The translations under genes were made by a program, and so were the position numbers. Of a stretch of 64,000 nucleotides of DNA, positions 12,600 through 26,119 are shown in pieces. Origin of the DNA: the human T2T-CHM13v2.0 reference genome, Homo sapiens; the NCBI RefSeq assembly GCF_009914755.1, contig NC_060928.1; one strand, given 5' to 3'. Under the pieces are notes generated by a model that saw only the letters and a program-made list of their open reading frames with translations, was not told the DNA's origin and ran no database searches. Numbering within the stretch: the stretch's first letter is position 1; each line of letters opens with the position of its first letter.

Positions 12600-13020
12600 A
12601 TGAGTTTGTCAGGTAGATCATCTCTCCACTTTACCCACCCTGCTCTGTTCAGAAAGATGTTTTCTATGTATTACATTTACTGGTCCCCATGCCCTCTGGT
12701 TTCCTGTTGAGCTCCCCACATAAGAGCTGCAGCAGCATGGCAGGAGGAAGGAGCAGACGGGAAAGTGAGCTCAGCACGTAGTTCCCCTAGCTCTCTTCCT
12801 GCAAGGTTATCTGGAGCTAGCTGTGATCATAGTCACTGCTTCTCTCAAGGCTGCAAACGTCCCCCAGTTCTTTTCTTCCAACTTCTAGCAACTGCATTCC
12901 TTCTTAGTGCTTTTGACCTGGTGTACTGCTTGGCTGCAACTAAACCTCAGGTTACGACATTACCCCTTGGGATTCCTTTGTAAATGATTAGTTCTTAAAA
13001 TAAACTTACTCTATTATTAT
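12600..13020 (+). mobile_element. LTR33-like ERV-L solo LTR
   Basis: 'tctctccactttacccaccctgctctgt...gccctctggtttcctgttg...ggcaggagg...cctttgtaaat...aataaac' follows LTR33. Confidence 0.7.
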
Positions 13021-13501
13021 TCATATTTATTCATATTATTTGATATTATTCATATTTTTCCTATTATACATGAAAATGATATACTCTTATATCCTAGATA
13101 GGCAGACACACATACGGATGATAACTATGATATTTCACACCATGTTTTCAGTTGTGAAAAAACAAATTAAAACCTCTAATTTTTCCTTTACTCCATTCAG
13201 GATTTACTTGCTCCTTATTCTTTCTCAGGATGGACTCAACATTCTGGGGCCTTTGCATAATCTTATGGTGAAGCATCTGGTCTGTGATTATTCTCTAGAA
13301 AGAGTCCTTCTCAACGAGGACATCTGTGGCACCAGCATGAGCTTGCATTTCTTGCATAGAGCACTGGATTACCTGGATCCTACAATTGCATCCAGACATT
13401 GATCCACATATGATGTATCTTTACAAATTATTTCAAGGCAGCAGTTTTATCTTTTCTCCTCTGGGCCTCTTATGCAAAATAGAGGGACTTCTCTTATTTC
13501 C

Positions 13502-13545
13502 TTCTATACTTACTGGGGCCTTGTTCTATACTTACTGGGGCCTTG
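13502..13545. repeat. Perfect 22-bp tandem duplication
   Basis: 'ttctatacttactggggccttg' twice, identical. Confidence 0.95.
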
Positions 13546-14124
13546 GGACACTGACTCATCGGAGGTTCTCTCAGACCAAGCCCTTTTCTCTCTCACCTTC
13601 TTCCAAAAACCAAGCATACCTCATGCATATCCTTATTTGCTTCTCTCTGAAGCTCTCAAGCCTATCTGGGTTTCTGTCTGTCTTCCTGAGACTCGTCACA
13701 GGGGGGTGACTCTCTTCATTTTCCTAAACTGCCAAAGTTGCCTGTAATTAATTGATACTGGGAAATGTTCTGTTTCTCTATGAAAAATGGTAAGAAAGTA
13801 ACTGTGCATTTGCCTTAAAATTTTCCTTATTCTTAAAAATGACTGTATCCCATTCTGATCTTAAATTTTAAAGCAGTCATCCTTGGGATCTTGCTCATTG
13901 AAATCCTGGGGCAGGAGAAACCAACAACAGAACTTCCTTTCTAAGGCCTTCCTTTCTTCATTCACTTCTAAACATATCTCTTAGACCCTTCCCCCGCTGA
14001 GGAAGACTTTATATGAATTATATTATTTTGGACACTTTTGTTTCCTCTTGACTTATTGTGCCAGTCTAGTGGTAGAGCACCAATACCTTGGGAATGTTTT
14101 TCCTATCAGTTTGCAAAAAGAAGT

Positions 14125-14782
14125 TCTAATAATTTTTTCAAGATGCAAATTTGATGATGTCATTTCTCCTGCTTAAAATACTCCAATGACCTCTCTATGC
14201 TCTGAAGAAACAAAATACATGTGAACTATAGATTCATTTTACATATGTAAGTCTTTCATGTGGTCTAGAAAATGTTGCATAGTCTGGCTCCTAAAGCATT
14301 CTCTTGTTTGCTGTACTCCAGCCACACTGGTTGAATTTTGGTTTCTTAGAAACATGCTCCCTCTACCAAAGGTCCTTGCACATGCCTTTCCCTCTATATC
14401 TCCCTTTTCACACTCTTCTCTTACTTTAATTCTCTCAGCTTAATAATCCTTCCCAGGGAATCTTTTGTTGACCTCCCAATTTAAGGCGGTTTCTTTATTG
14501 CAGCTTTGCATATGACTAATGTAGATTTGATCTTTGTCTTATTCTTAAAAATAAGTATAACATTTTCTCTTACAGTTATCTCAGTTTGAAGCTTAGAAAG
14601 AATCCAACTAAATTATTCCAAAATAAATATTTTTGCTGATATTTATCTTTACTACTAGATTTTAAACTCCATTAGAACAAAAACCATGTTGGACAATGGA
14701 TACTAAGTTTCACCATACCCAGCCCCTAGCAGAGTGCCTGAAACATTGCAGCTTTCAACAAACAACATGACTAATGAATGAC
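14125..14782 (+). mobile_element. L2 LINE 3' end
   Basis: 'atgcaaatttgatgatgtcatttctcctgcttaaaa', 'ctccagccacactgg', 'ccttgcacatgc', 'cccagcccctagcagagtgcctg...aatgaatg'. Confidence 0.75.
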
Positions 14783-14899
14783 TATGTCAACCTCTGTTCA
14801 CACTCTCCTCCTCTGCACTAAGCTTCAGTCTGAATTCACCCTTCATGTCCTTTAGATCACAAATAATTTTTTTCTTCCTTCGCGTATCATTTTTCTTTT

Positions 14900-15180
14900 T
14901 GCGTCTTTTGCCTAGTTCTAGCTCTTCAAGCCAGAGCTTACTCATTGCTTTTTCATGAGGACGTTCTTGGACCAAAACAACCTGAAAAGGGCCTTCCGAT
15001 ATATCATTCACTTAACATATTGTACATTTCACTCATTGCAATTGTTTGTTTAATATCTCTTTTCCTTACTAAAGTGTTAAGAATTATAAGGCATAAAGCA
15101 TAGCCATTTTAAATACCATCGAATGTCCAACACTAACACAAAACCTGGCACGTCATATATGGTTGTTCCTCGTATATTAC
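14900..15180 (+). mobile_element. L2 fragment
   Basis: 'tttccttactaaagtgttaag...ccaacactaacacaaaacctggcac' resembles the L2 3' end. Confidence 0.5.
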
Positions 15181-15427
15181 TTAGAAAGTTGCAGAGGTTC
15201 CCAAATTAATATATTAGAGGAGGATTCTTGCAGTGAGCTGCATTTGAGCAGTGCCATCAAAGAAATTACATTGTTGACACGGTTCTAATATTATTTCTTA
15301 CATTAATGCCAATTAAAAAGATAATTATCTTGCCTACAAACATCAAGAATGTTGCCCATAAATATCTGAGGAGCCATGCCTTACAAGCAAAGGGTTTAGC
15401 CATATATTACTTACATCGTATAGGCCA

Positions 15428-15760
15428 GTCATTTCTGTTACATGTTTATTGTGCAACTTTTATGCAACACTCAGTGCAGGGTACTCTGTAGAATAAAAGG
15501 AAATCAGAGGCATATTCACTGACTTCAAAGTGCTTATGGTTATACCGATGCAACATTGTAAGCTTTCGTTATACTATTAAGGATAAAAATGTACAATGTA
15601 AAAACAAAGATTAAATGGTGTGGTTCTAAAATGTAGGAGTTTAAAGAGCACAGCGATCACTAGAGGTCAGAAGAGACAAAACAAATCAAATGCTTCAAAG
15701 GAACTATAACTTGAGCTTGTTCCTGAAAACTAAAAAATAATTGATAGAAAGAAGGAGGAG
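15428..15760 (-). mobile_element. L2 fragment (antisense)
   Basis: 'catgtttattg...ttcactgacttcaaagtgcttatggttt...ttgagcttgttcctgaa' resembles the reverse-complement L2 3' end. Confidence 0.45.
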
Positions 15761-17821
15761 GTTATTATGTCTGACTGATATCTACATAATTATTAAAGGC
15801 AATCATTATGTAAAGTCAATTTGCAAAGCCTCTGGTTTCAAAAAGAAAAAAACATCATCTTTGCCATCTACAGTCATAGATATACATAATCATTCCCAGG
15901 GATGTAACTTCACCTCTGCAGATCCCTTACTGCCCTGCTTACCATTAGCATTTCAGGTATTGCTTTTAAAAAAAAATTAGAATTATATGAGAAAAATAAA
16001 CTTCATTATGATTGATTGAATCCTATTTGTGTCTCTGATAGCCAGAACAGAGTACGTTATTTATTGATCTCTTACCCACATTCTTCTACTTTACTATTAC
16101 TAAATAAATTTTGATTTACAAAGAATGACCCATAGAGTCAAATGTCATCTCATACTCAATAGAGTGCTAATTCCTGTTACTAAAATGGTATCTTTCTAAG
16201 AAATGTAATGCATATGTTGCTTATTATAGGATTTCAATAAAATATTGATGTACTAATACTTTATCCACTTACAGGATATGAGGTCAAGGGTTCAAGAAGC
16301 AGGGTTGTCTATTCATAGCTTTATCATAGAATACTGAAAATACAGCGACTCTGGATGGAAGAAAGAAGAATGCCCTGCTGTCTCACATTCAGTGAATTTT
16401 GTTCTAACAAGATCTGTACCATATCACAGTTCTAGACTGGCTTCTGTGAAGTGGAAGTTAAAAGAAAACTTTTGTAACATTAAATGGGTCATACTGAAAT
16501 ATTTTAATGTGGTGATCTTTTTATGTATATTGTATTATTTATTTATTCAGTACTTTATATTTTCAGAAGTATAGCACAGAGCCCAAAATTGAACTGTAGT
16601 TGGTAATTGCCAATTAACTGATTTAGCCTATGTTAGGTGAGAAAAATCTTTAATTAGGGTTAGATAGAAACCCTTCACCCAAATATCTATGCATAATATT
16701 GACTGAAAGTTGTTAAGTCTTTATGAAAACTAAAAAATAATTTCTCAAAAATGACTGACTTCATTAATTAAAACGAGAAACACATGAATTTCTAAATATA
16801 TATCTATTTTTTAATGAAAAAGTCATGCAGTAGGTTCTGATGCCATGATCCAAATTTTCTCCTAATGTTTTAGTTCAGTAATTTTTATAATTTATTTTTC
16901 AAATTTGTCCTTAATGCTTCTTGTTTAAGATTTTAGAAATCTCTTCATGAAAACTTAGGTAAAGTTCTTTTGCTTGGTCATCTGGTCTGGTTGTCTGCCT
17001 CAGGGGACTTAGTCTGCTTATGCACAGGGTCAAAGCACAGTCTTTAAAACACCACATCTTAATCAATTGTCTTCTACAGATAGTTTTGCTTCCCTCCAAT
17101 GTGTTCTGCAAAATCCTGGCTCCCTGTTTTACTATTTAATGGTGAGGCTGTATCTCTTAACCTCTGTCTCTAACCTGAAAATTCTGAATCACTGTGATTG
17201 ACGGAATTCTGTCTGTTGGTTGCATTCTTACACCCGAAATTTGCCTTCTGCTTTTTAGGAGAGTAAGAGGAATATTTTTAATCCTTTTGGCTGGAAGTAA
17301 GTTCTTATTTAGTACAAGAGGTGAAAATAATAACCTTGCTCTTACCTAACTTTATGTCATGTCCTTTCTAAAAAATGAAGTATCATACATCAATAATGAT
17401 AGCTCTGGATTCTGTTATTTAATCACTTCATGTCCACTTTTATTTATTCATTTTTTGTAAATTACCCTTTAACACATTATTTTACCTGATCTTTATTTGA
17501 TGTGTTAGAAAAAAAAATACACACACGCTCAAAAATATGTTTTTGTTTTGTTTTGTTATCTGTTGCCTCTATCTCCTATAAAACTATACCTTAAGCTAAA
17601 GTGTTCTGGAATTATTACCTCAGAGGCAGAACAATGTAGCCAGATACAGAGAATAGAGTCAAATTATACACTTCTAACTATCTAAGTGCTCTTGAAAAGC
17701 AGGGTTTTGATTTACAAGGAAAAATCTTTTTGAGAAAGAAAAGGTTTTAGAATTCAGAAGCCTGTTTTTGCATATCAAAAGCAAAACCCCAAAGGAATCA
17801 AGGCTTAGAGCCTCTGCCATT

Positions 17822-17850
17822 AAAAAAAAAAAGAAAGAAAGAAAGAAAGA
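17822..17850. repeat. A-run plus (AAAG)n
   Basis: Directly visible. Confidence 0.85.
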
Positions 17851-19139
17851 GCCAATCTCCCACTTTCCTTACCAAGCAAAACTAGAAAGAACTTTGTAGA
17901 CAAGGTGGAAAAAGAAATAAATTATTTCTCGATATATGTTTCAGAAAAATGGGCCAGGTGTATCAGTCACCCTCTGCTCAGGCAGCAGGGAGTGTTGCAA
18001 AACCCTCGACAGAGTTTGCTTTGGATAGAGTAGAGAGAACACTATCTCACTTGCCACTGATGCCCTAAAACATGATGAACCTTGTAGAAGAAATCTCCTG
18101 TAATCATTCTATGGGGGTAGTATAATTGCAATAATGTCAGAAAAGGTCTAGCTAGAGAAGGCCTGAAAAAGCTTCCAGTCTAGGTGACTCGAAAGAGCTC
18201 AGAGGGACTATTCAAACAGGAAGGTTACTATCTATCATCAAAACTGGGTAAACTTTGAGAATGAAAGAGTGCAGAATTAATCATTAATCCAACATAATCC
18301 AGTGGTCCAAGGCAACCTAGGGTAGATAGTCATTCACAAAGGAGCCTAAAAGTTCTGAGAGAAAGCCAGAGGACCCAGCATTAAGTCACAAAGTGCATGA
18401 AATAAAGTGTAAATGTGATGTTGTGACTATAGATAGGTCATTAGACGCCAGAGGAAATGAATAATGGTAATAAAGATCATGAAAGGAACATAAACATTTT
18501 GGAATATCCAGCAATTCCTATATACTAGGTAAGAGCAGGGAATATAGGAAAAAGACAAAGAAGCAAAGAGGGAAAATATATAAAAGGGTTTCAAGACTAT
18601 TCATTGTCTGATATTAAGTTTTGAGCCAACATTTGTATGATGAGTTGAGACAGAATTTAAGTCATAAAAAAATAAAGTTTTGTCTTTATTTAACTGTGTT
18701 TTTGGCTTGAGGATAAATTGTATAAACTATGTCCATAAGCTAAACAGAACAGGAAGTGTTGTTTCCATTTCCACCTGAAAAAATTTTGGCTCAAAGATAT
18801 TTACTGACCAACCCAAAATCTCAATGCATATAAAGTATGTTGTTACAACACAAAGTCATATCATCTGGTTATTTGTGCAATACTTATATTAATCTTTGTT
18901 TTTTTCCTGTCTTTGCTAATGTAGAGTTGTCCCTTAATCCATTCTCCAATAAATGTGTCTTCTTTTATTTCAGATTGGGAGGAAGATTTGGGGATCAGGA
19001 AGAATATTGTTTGTTGTGATCAGACTACTGCATAATTTTTTTGGTCTTTGTTTTTTTATAGTAGATAAGTCTAGAGTTCTACTTTCTATTTTTGATGTTT
19101 CTTTATAACTCTTATCACTGTCTATTAAAACCTAGTTAT

Positions 19140-19300
19140 TTTCATATGTAGTTATTATCTACACTCTTCCTCACCATTAAAATGTAACTTCTATGAAAAC
19201 AAAAAATTTATCTCTTTTGTTCACTTAATAACATCGTGACGAAAACATTGCCACACATATAGTATGCAATGAATCAGTATTTGTTTAAATCATTCACTAA
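19140..19300 (+). mobile_element. L2 3' tip
   Basis: 'cattaaaatgtaacttctatgaaaac...tcttttgttcact...cacatatagtatgc...tatttgttt'. Confidence 0.5.
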
Positions 19301-19439
19301 TGAAGAAGCAGTGAGCTTCATCAGGTATGACACCAGAATACACAGAAAGTTGACTGGTAAATTTTAACTTTCAATTTCATGAGTAGTATTAAATTAATTG
19401 TACTATATGTGAAACACATTATAATAGATATCTTCAGAA

Positions 19440-19610
19440 GGATCATTCTCAAACTCTATCATTTATCATGATCATTTGGTGAACTTGTTAAAAATGCAGA
19501 TCCTCAAATCCCAACATTAAAGAGACTGCTTCAGTAGAGCTGTAGTACACTACACCAAATCATCATTTAATAAGTCATCATTTAATGAGTAACCTTAATA
19601 ATATGGTGAA
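19440..19610. mobile_element. MER5-like hAT MITE fragment
   Basis: 'ttctcaaact...ggtgaacttgttaaaaatgcagatcct...tcagtag' is the MER5 core. Confidence 0.55.
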
Positions 19611-19778
19611 GTTGCCAATTCAATTCAGGCTCCAGAGTAATTACTCCAGTTTCACTAACTATTTTAGATTCTGATTTTGAACTCTAGTCTCAACTACATT
19701 CTTCCCTCATGGTAGACAAAGTTTTATAAATCAAAGAACCATGTAGTCAATCAAAATGGCTGAGTGTAATATTAAAGT

Positions 19779-20172
19779 TGTTAAATCAAGTTTAGCCTAA
19801 AGCTGCCTCCTTACATATTGAAGTTGGGCCTACAGGATTTTCTGTACATCAGGAACCAGAACAAGTGGAAGGGCAATCAGATCGTAGCCTACACTTGTGC
19901 TAATCACTGAGTTTTCATCAGATGTAGCCAACTGTTTGAACCGTGTTCAAATAACACAAATGCCAAGCTGTAGCCAATCCAGGAGTTTCTGTACCTCACT
20001 TCTATTTTCTGTACACCACTTTCCTTTTTCTGTCCATAAATGTTCTTTCATCATGTGGCTGCACTGGAGTCTCTGAGCCTTCTCTGGCTCGGGAAGCTGC
20101 CCAATTCGCAAATCGTTCATTGCTCAATTAAACACCTTCAAATTTAATTGGGCTGAAGTATTTCTTTCACCA
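19779..20172 (+). mobile_element. MER57 ERV1 solo LTR
   Basis: 'tgttaaatcaagtttagcctaaagctgcctccttacatat' ... 'gctcaattaaac' ... CA end; 4-bp TSD 'aagt' at 19775-19778 and 20173-20176. Confidence 0.9.
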
Positions 20173-21358
20173 AAGTCTATTCAGTAATCTTTGGTGACAA
20201 CATATTTTTAAATCTTAAGTTCTACTGTAAACTCATTTCTGTTTTTCTACTTGAAAAATTTTATGTAAAGCGAGTTTGGTATACCTGGCAGCATTTTCTT
20301 CTCACTATTAAGTACCAATTTTTGTTAAGTTATACACTTATAAAATATATACCTATTCATACTATATGGAAAAAATATAAAACGTGATATCATTTTGAAG
20401 AAAAAAGATGCATGTTCATGATTGTTCTTGCATATAGACTTGAACTTTCATTTTAAATGTGTACAAAAGGTAGGCTCATGAGATAGATTTAGAAATCTGC
20501 ACATGTGAGTACTAGACATAGTACTCCAAAGAGGCACACTTGCAGACAAACTGGGATTACACTTTGGAAGATAACATATATTTATAGCAAAATATCATGT
20601 CTTTTGTGGGCAGACCCTCTTGTGGTAAATAATTATTGGCAGGAGCCTGAAATCTACTTGTTATTATAAAAAATAAACAAAAGGTAAGGGATGTCAATTT
20701 TGTGCATAAATAGAATGGCATTAAAACAATTTGAATACTTTGTTCACTGACAATGGGAATACACTTTTTAGTGGATATTTTGATGACTGTGTTTGATACA
20801 ATGTTTGCAAATAAAATAAGTTAAAATATGATTTGTTTGTTCTTGCCTACAGAAACATTTACCTTAGGGTCATGGAAAATTTACTATGCCATTCCTGTTG
20901 TCTCTATATTGAGGGATGGTAGAAATACATTAGAGTAATTACAAAACCTGTGGTCTGCAATCATTTCTTGGAAGGACATACAGTAATGAGGTCTGAACTC
21001 TAGCTACAGTATGTCTTACATGTCCTTGTTGAATGTAATCCAACAAATATTTAGTGTCTAAAAACATTAGAAGTGTATTGTTTGTCCTCATTAAATCCAG
21101 TAGAAGAATTTTTTACACAGTAGGCATCTCATACCTGCTATACACTACCAATACCCAAATCTTCTGCTCAGACCTCATGTATTCAATTCCCTGTGAGACT
21201 CACATATCCAACTGAAATAAACTTCTAATGGCCTGTTTTGAAGTCCATTATTGAAAAATGATGCAAATCTTTATATTTTTTTCTTTGAAAGTTTGAGTTC
21301 ATCTGTCACTGGTACTTAGCATTTAAAGGCAATTGGCAGATAAAATAATGATGTGGAG

Positions 21359-21743
21359 TGATATGGTTTGGCTGTTTCCCCCACCCCAAATCTCATCTTG
21401 AATTGCAGTCCCCATAATCCCTACCTGTCAAGAGAGAGACCAGGTGGAGGTAATTGAATCATGGGTCTGGTTTCCCCCATGGTATTCTCATGATAGTGAG
21501 TGAGTTCACGAGATCTGATGGTTTTATAAGTATTTGGTAGTTCCTCCTGCATTCATTCTCCTTCCGGCCACCTTGTGAAGAAGGTGCCTTGCTTTCTCTT
21601 TGCCTCCCTCCATGATTGTAAGTTTCTGAGACCTCCCTAGCCACGCTGAACTGTGAGTCAATTAAACCTCTTAGGAAAGAGGTTTCATAAATTACCCAGT
21701 CTCAGGTAGTATTTTTATAGCAGTGGGAGATCAGACTAATGTA
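21359..21743 (+). mobile_element. THE1 (THE1C-like) MaLR solo LTR
   Basis: 'tgatatggtttggctg...aaatctcatcttgaattg...ctgtgagtcaattaaacctc...gactaat'; 5-bp TSD 'tggag' at 21354-21358 and 21744-21748. Confidence 0.92.
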
Positions 21744-22714
21744 TGGAGGTTGTGTGGAACAGGTTATGAGGAAAAGCAATTTGGAGAAATGGTGTTCAGT
21801 TACTTTTATGAAAAATATATCACAGAAAATTGAAAAAAAAAGACCAAAATTAATCAAAAATGTCTGATATTAAATCTGGTTAAACAAGACTAAAGTAGTA
21901 AGTGCAGTAATACAAACTCTGATATAATATTTTGAAGCTTGCAAGTATCTAGGAAACATCCTGATCTAGCACTCAAAATAGAAAAATTATTTTGCCTAAG
22001 TCATGTGAAATAGGTATCATGAACAGGAAACATTTAAATTTGTAAATTTAATTTCTCTTGGATTGTATTATACTGAAAGGACTTGATAACATCCAAGAGA
22101 GGTGAATTATCGAGTTATTAATGATTTGTATGACACACATTTAATTAACTGAATTAATAATGAACAGTGACATTATAGAAGCTATCCAATTCATTTACTA
22201 CATAATAACATGCTGGTTAATGCTTAAGAAAAGTGGCCAGTCATTATCAATGTATCACTGTGCATTGTGCTAACATTAATCAGATCAAATTAATGTAGTG
22301 TTACTTTTAACTTAAGCAGGAATTAATGAACACTTCATCATTTCAAAATTTTGCCATGACATATCAAAATATCAAATGCTTAACTTAATGTTTAGCATAA
22401 AAAGCTCCATTTGATACTCATGTTAATAAGAACTTTGTTTGTTTTTAATTACAGGTATAATTAAAAACTGGGATTATAAATACTTTTTAAAAATTATTTA
22501 AATGTATAACAGGACCACCTACAAAATTGTATTTGTGAGGAATAATGATGCATTTAAAGCTATGGAAATTATTTTTCACACTCTACTTTTAGCCAGTAGA
22601 TCAGTTCATTTCTATTAAGAGACAGAAATATGACTTCATATTAATGATGGAATCAAAACAGATGGAGCTATCTAATGGTTCAGGCAGGAAATTGAAGTAG
22701 GAATTATAGCTTCT

Positions 22715-22775
22715 TACCCTTATATCTACCACTGATTCACTGAATGACCTTGGGCAAATTACTTAAGCTGCCAGG
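22715..22775 (+). mobile_element. MIR core fragment
   Basis: 'tctaccactgattcactgaatgaccttgggcaaattacttaa'. Confidence 0.6.
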
Positions 22776-22894
22776 TCAAATTTTCTAAGTGCACATCTTC
22801 GTTTTTTTATGCCCAGAGCTCATATTAACAGAAAAGGAAACTCTAAAGATATAGAAAAAGGAAATGATATAATATAGAGTGGAGGAAAAAGCTT

Positions 22895-23000
22895 TTGGCA
22901 TGAGTGAGATTAAGTGGCTTACCCAAAGTTTCACAGTTAGCATGAGGACTACTGGGGATTCAAATTCAAGTCTGTGACTCATTGGATCTCACTTTTTAAG
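22895..23000 (-). mobile_element. MIR fragment (antisense)
   Basis: 'gagattaagtggcttacccaaagtttcacagttag...ggattcaaattcaagtctgtgactc'. Confidence 0.7.
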
Positions 23001-23573
23001 CCTTTAATCTCAGTATAATAATAGCTGCCTTAAATATTGGCTATAATATTACACATTTAGATTTTGCCTGGCAAATTATAGATACCTAAAAAAAATTTTT
23101 TTTTAGTCTCTTTGTCAATACCAAATGCTGCTACCAATTTTTATTCTTAAAATAGCTCATCAATGTATGTGTTTATTTGATCTAGACTCCACTGTCATAA
23201 TTCTCGTACCTAGCATTTCTTATCTAGGCAGTCATCAATATAAAAATTGTCCTCAGTGACTTCTTTGATTTCCCACATTTATTTCAGCTTTCAAGCTTTC
23301 TAAAACATATAGAAGATATTTAGGACCATTGGAATTGTGTGATACCATATAGAAAACAAAGAGGGCAATGACAGAGCTCTTTATAACATGAATATTTACC
23401 AGTCATGCAAAAGAAGAGCCTGAAAAGGAGAGTGAAACATTCTTGTCTCTTCTTCTCTGTCTTCTTACAGCCCAAATTCATTAAATTAACACAGCACAGT
23501 GATTCTACCTCATAGATATTAGAATCTATAGGTAGAATCTATATAATATAAATAAAATAAATAAAAATATAAA

Positions 23574-23880
23574 TTTTTTTTCATGGGGGACAGTGTTTTC
23601 ACTCGGTTGCCCAGGTCGGAGTATAGTGTTGCAGTCTCAGCTCACTGCAACCTCGACCTCACAGGCTCAAGCAATCCTCCTGCCTCAGCCTCCTGGGCCT
23701 CCTTTTGCAGCCTCCTTGTAGCTGGGACTACAAGCATGCACCACCGTGCCCAGCTATTTTTGCTTATTTTTTGTAGAAACAGGGTTTCACTCTGTTGCCC
23801 AGGCTGGTCTTGAACTCCTCGGCTCAAGGAATCTTTTCCCCTTGGCCTCCTGAAGTTCTGGGATTACAGACATGAGCCAC
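23574..23880 (-). mobile_element. AluJ
   Basis: AluJ diagnostics 'ggctcaagcaatcctcc' and 'ggctcaag'; small internal insertion near 23690-23716. Confidence 0.9.
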
Positions 23881-24342
23881 ATTTTATGTATTATTTGAAT
23901 CAGTCTGTAACTTTCCATCCAAACAGACATTTCTTTATTTCAGGCTTATAATATTTCTTAAGAACTTTTGATTAATTTTCTCATGTCTAATGTTCCCTCC
24001 TCAAGTTCATTCTCCATATCACCTACATGATAGGTCCCGGTGATCCTGTTAGCCTCAATTTTAATTTAGCTTATTAATCTCAAACAAGTCTGAACTTCTA
24101 TCTTGACCACACGTAACATCTATAGATCCATGCTTATGCTTTCTCCTCTGTTGGACTAGCCACCCTTTAAAACTGGCCTTGAGTTTCACTTCCAGAAAGC
24201 CTTTACACTTTGTTCATACCAATTATTGGTGGCACCCTTCTGCGTTCCCATTTTACAATAGGTGTATATTACTACAGTCACATTTATTCTACTGCTTTAT
24301 GAGTTTTAATCTACCTTTTTCTACCAAATTTTGTTGTTTTTA

Positions 24343-25175
<833 letters not shown>

Positions 25176-26119
25176 ATTTGTATTCACAGCTCCTGAGACA
25201 TGTTAAACACTCTGTAAATTTTATTTTGCTATGTCCTACAAAGTTTGACAGGATGTCTGGAACAAATTTTTCCTTTAAAAATATCATGATTATTGTTGTC
25301 TAATTACAGATACACTTGAGCATCAGATGCTGGTCAGAATATGTATTTTTTCTTTGCTTTGTTTTCTTATTTGCATGCTGATGAAGTTTGCACACCTTCA
25401 CTTTTTCTTTCCTGCCTTCTCTGTAAGTTCTGCCTCCTAACTGCCCTTACCTCTGGCTTACAAGAGAGATCCAAGAATTTCTTGTATTCAAGTGCCATCC
25501 TGGCAGGTCAAGAGAAATTCTCATATTATATTAAGTAAAGTCTCTTATTGAAAAAAAAACGCTGCTGTCATGCTAATATTGATCACCACTCATGGTCTAA
25601 ATGTGATGCCATACTACATTAAGTATGTGTGCATACACATATGTGCAGGTGCATCCACAGACACATATTTACACAGTGCATACCAGAGGTAAATCTGGGA
25701 CAAGAGGAGAGAAAAGGAAATGTCCTATCCTGTCACATACATAAATGTTGACTAAAGGAATAAGTCAGTATCGATTTTCAACTATTTCATGATTGCCTAT
25801 AACTTTAGCTTGTAAACACTCTATTCAATACATAACTTTTCCATAGATATATGCATACTACTTCAATGCCAAAAGCGCTAATCCTCTGAAAATTTTCATA
25901 GAAAGGACAGAATCATTGCACATTTCTTCTAAATGGTTTCTATGTAACTGGTAAAAATTCTGTCAGCTACAGACATAAACTCAAAGAATTATTCCTTTAA
26001 GAATAGTAGTACTATTATTTATACAAAGAAGAAAAGATAGAGCTATGTTTATACATTTAAATTTCTAAACATTTATTTTATGTAGAAACCCTGGTTCTAC
26101 AAATTGTGTAAGGGGCTTT

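Larger units (their letters stand above)
11780..13920 (-). mobile_element. Possible ancient Gypsy-like (MamGyp-type) internal relic, interrupted by LTR33
   Basis: GC-elevated degenerate sequence. Minus-strand fragments 'KDTSYVDQCLD' (~13420-13390) and 'CPALLMF*G' (~12595-12570) resemble Gypsy integrase zinc-finger and C-terminal motifs in the right order. Weak evidence. Confidence 0.3.

Noticed and set aside
13040-13747. Three overlapping 91-120 aa plus-strand ORFs as a gene
   Set aside because: Leu/Phe/Ser-rich translations of T-rich DNA with no domain or splice structure.
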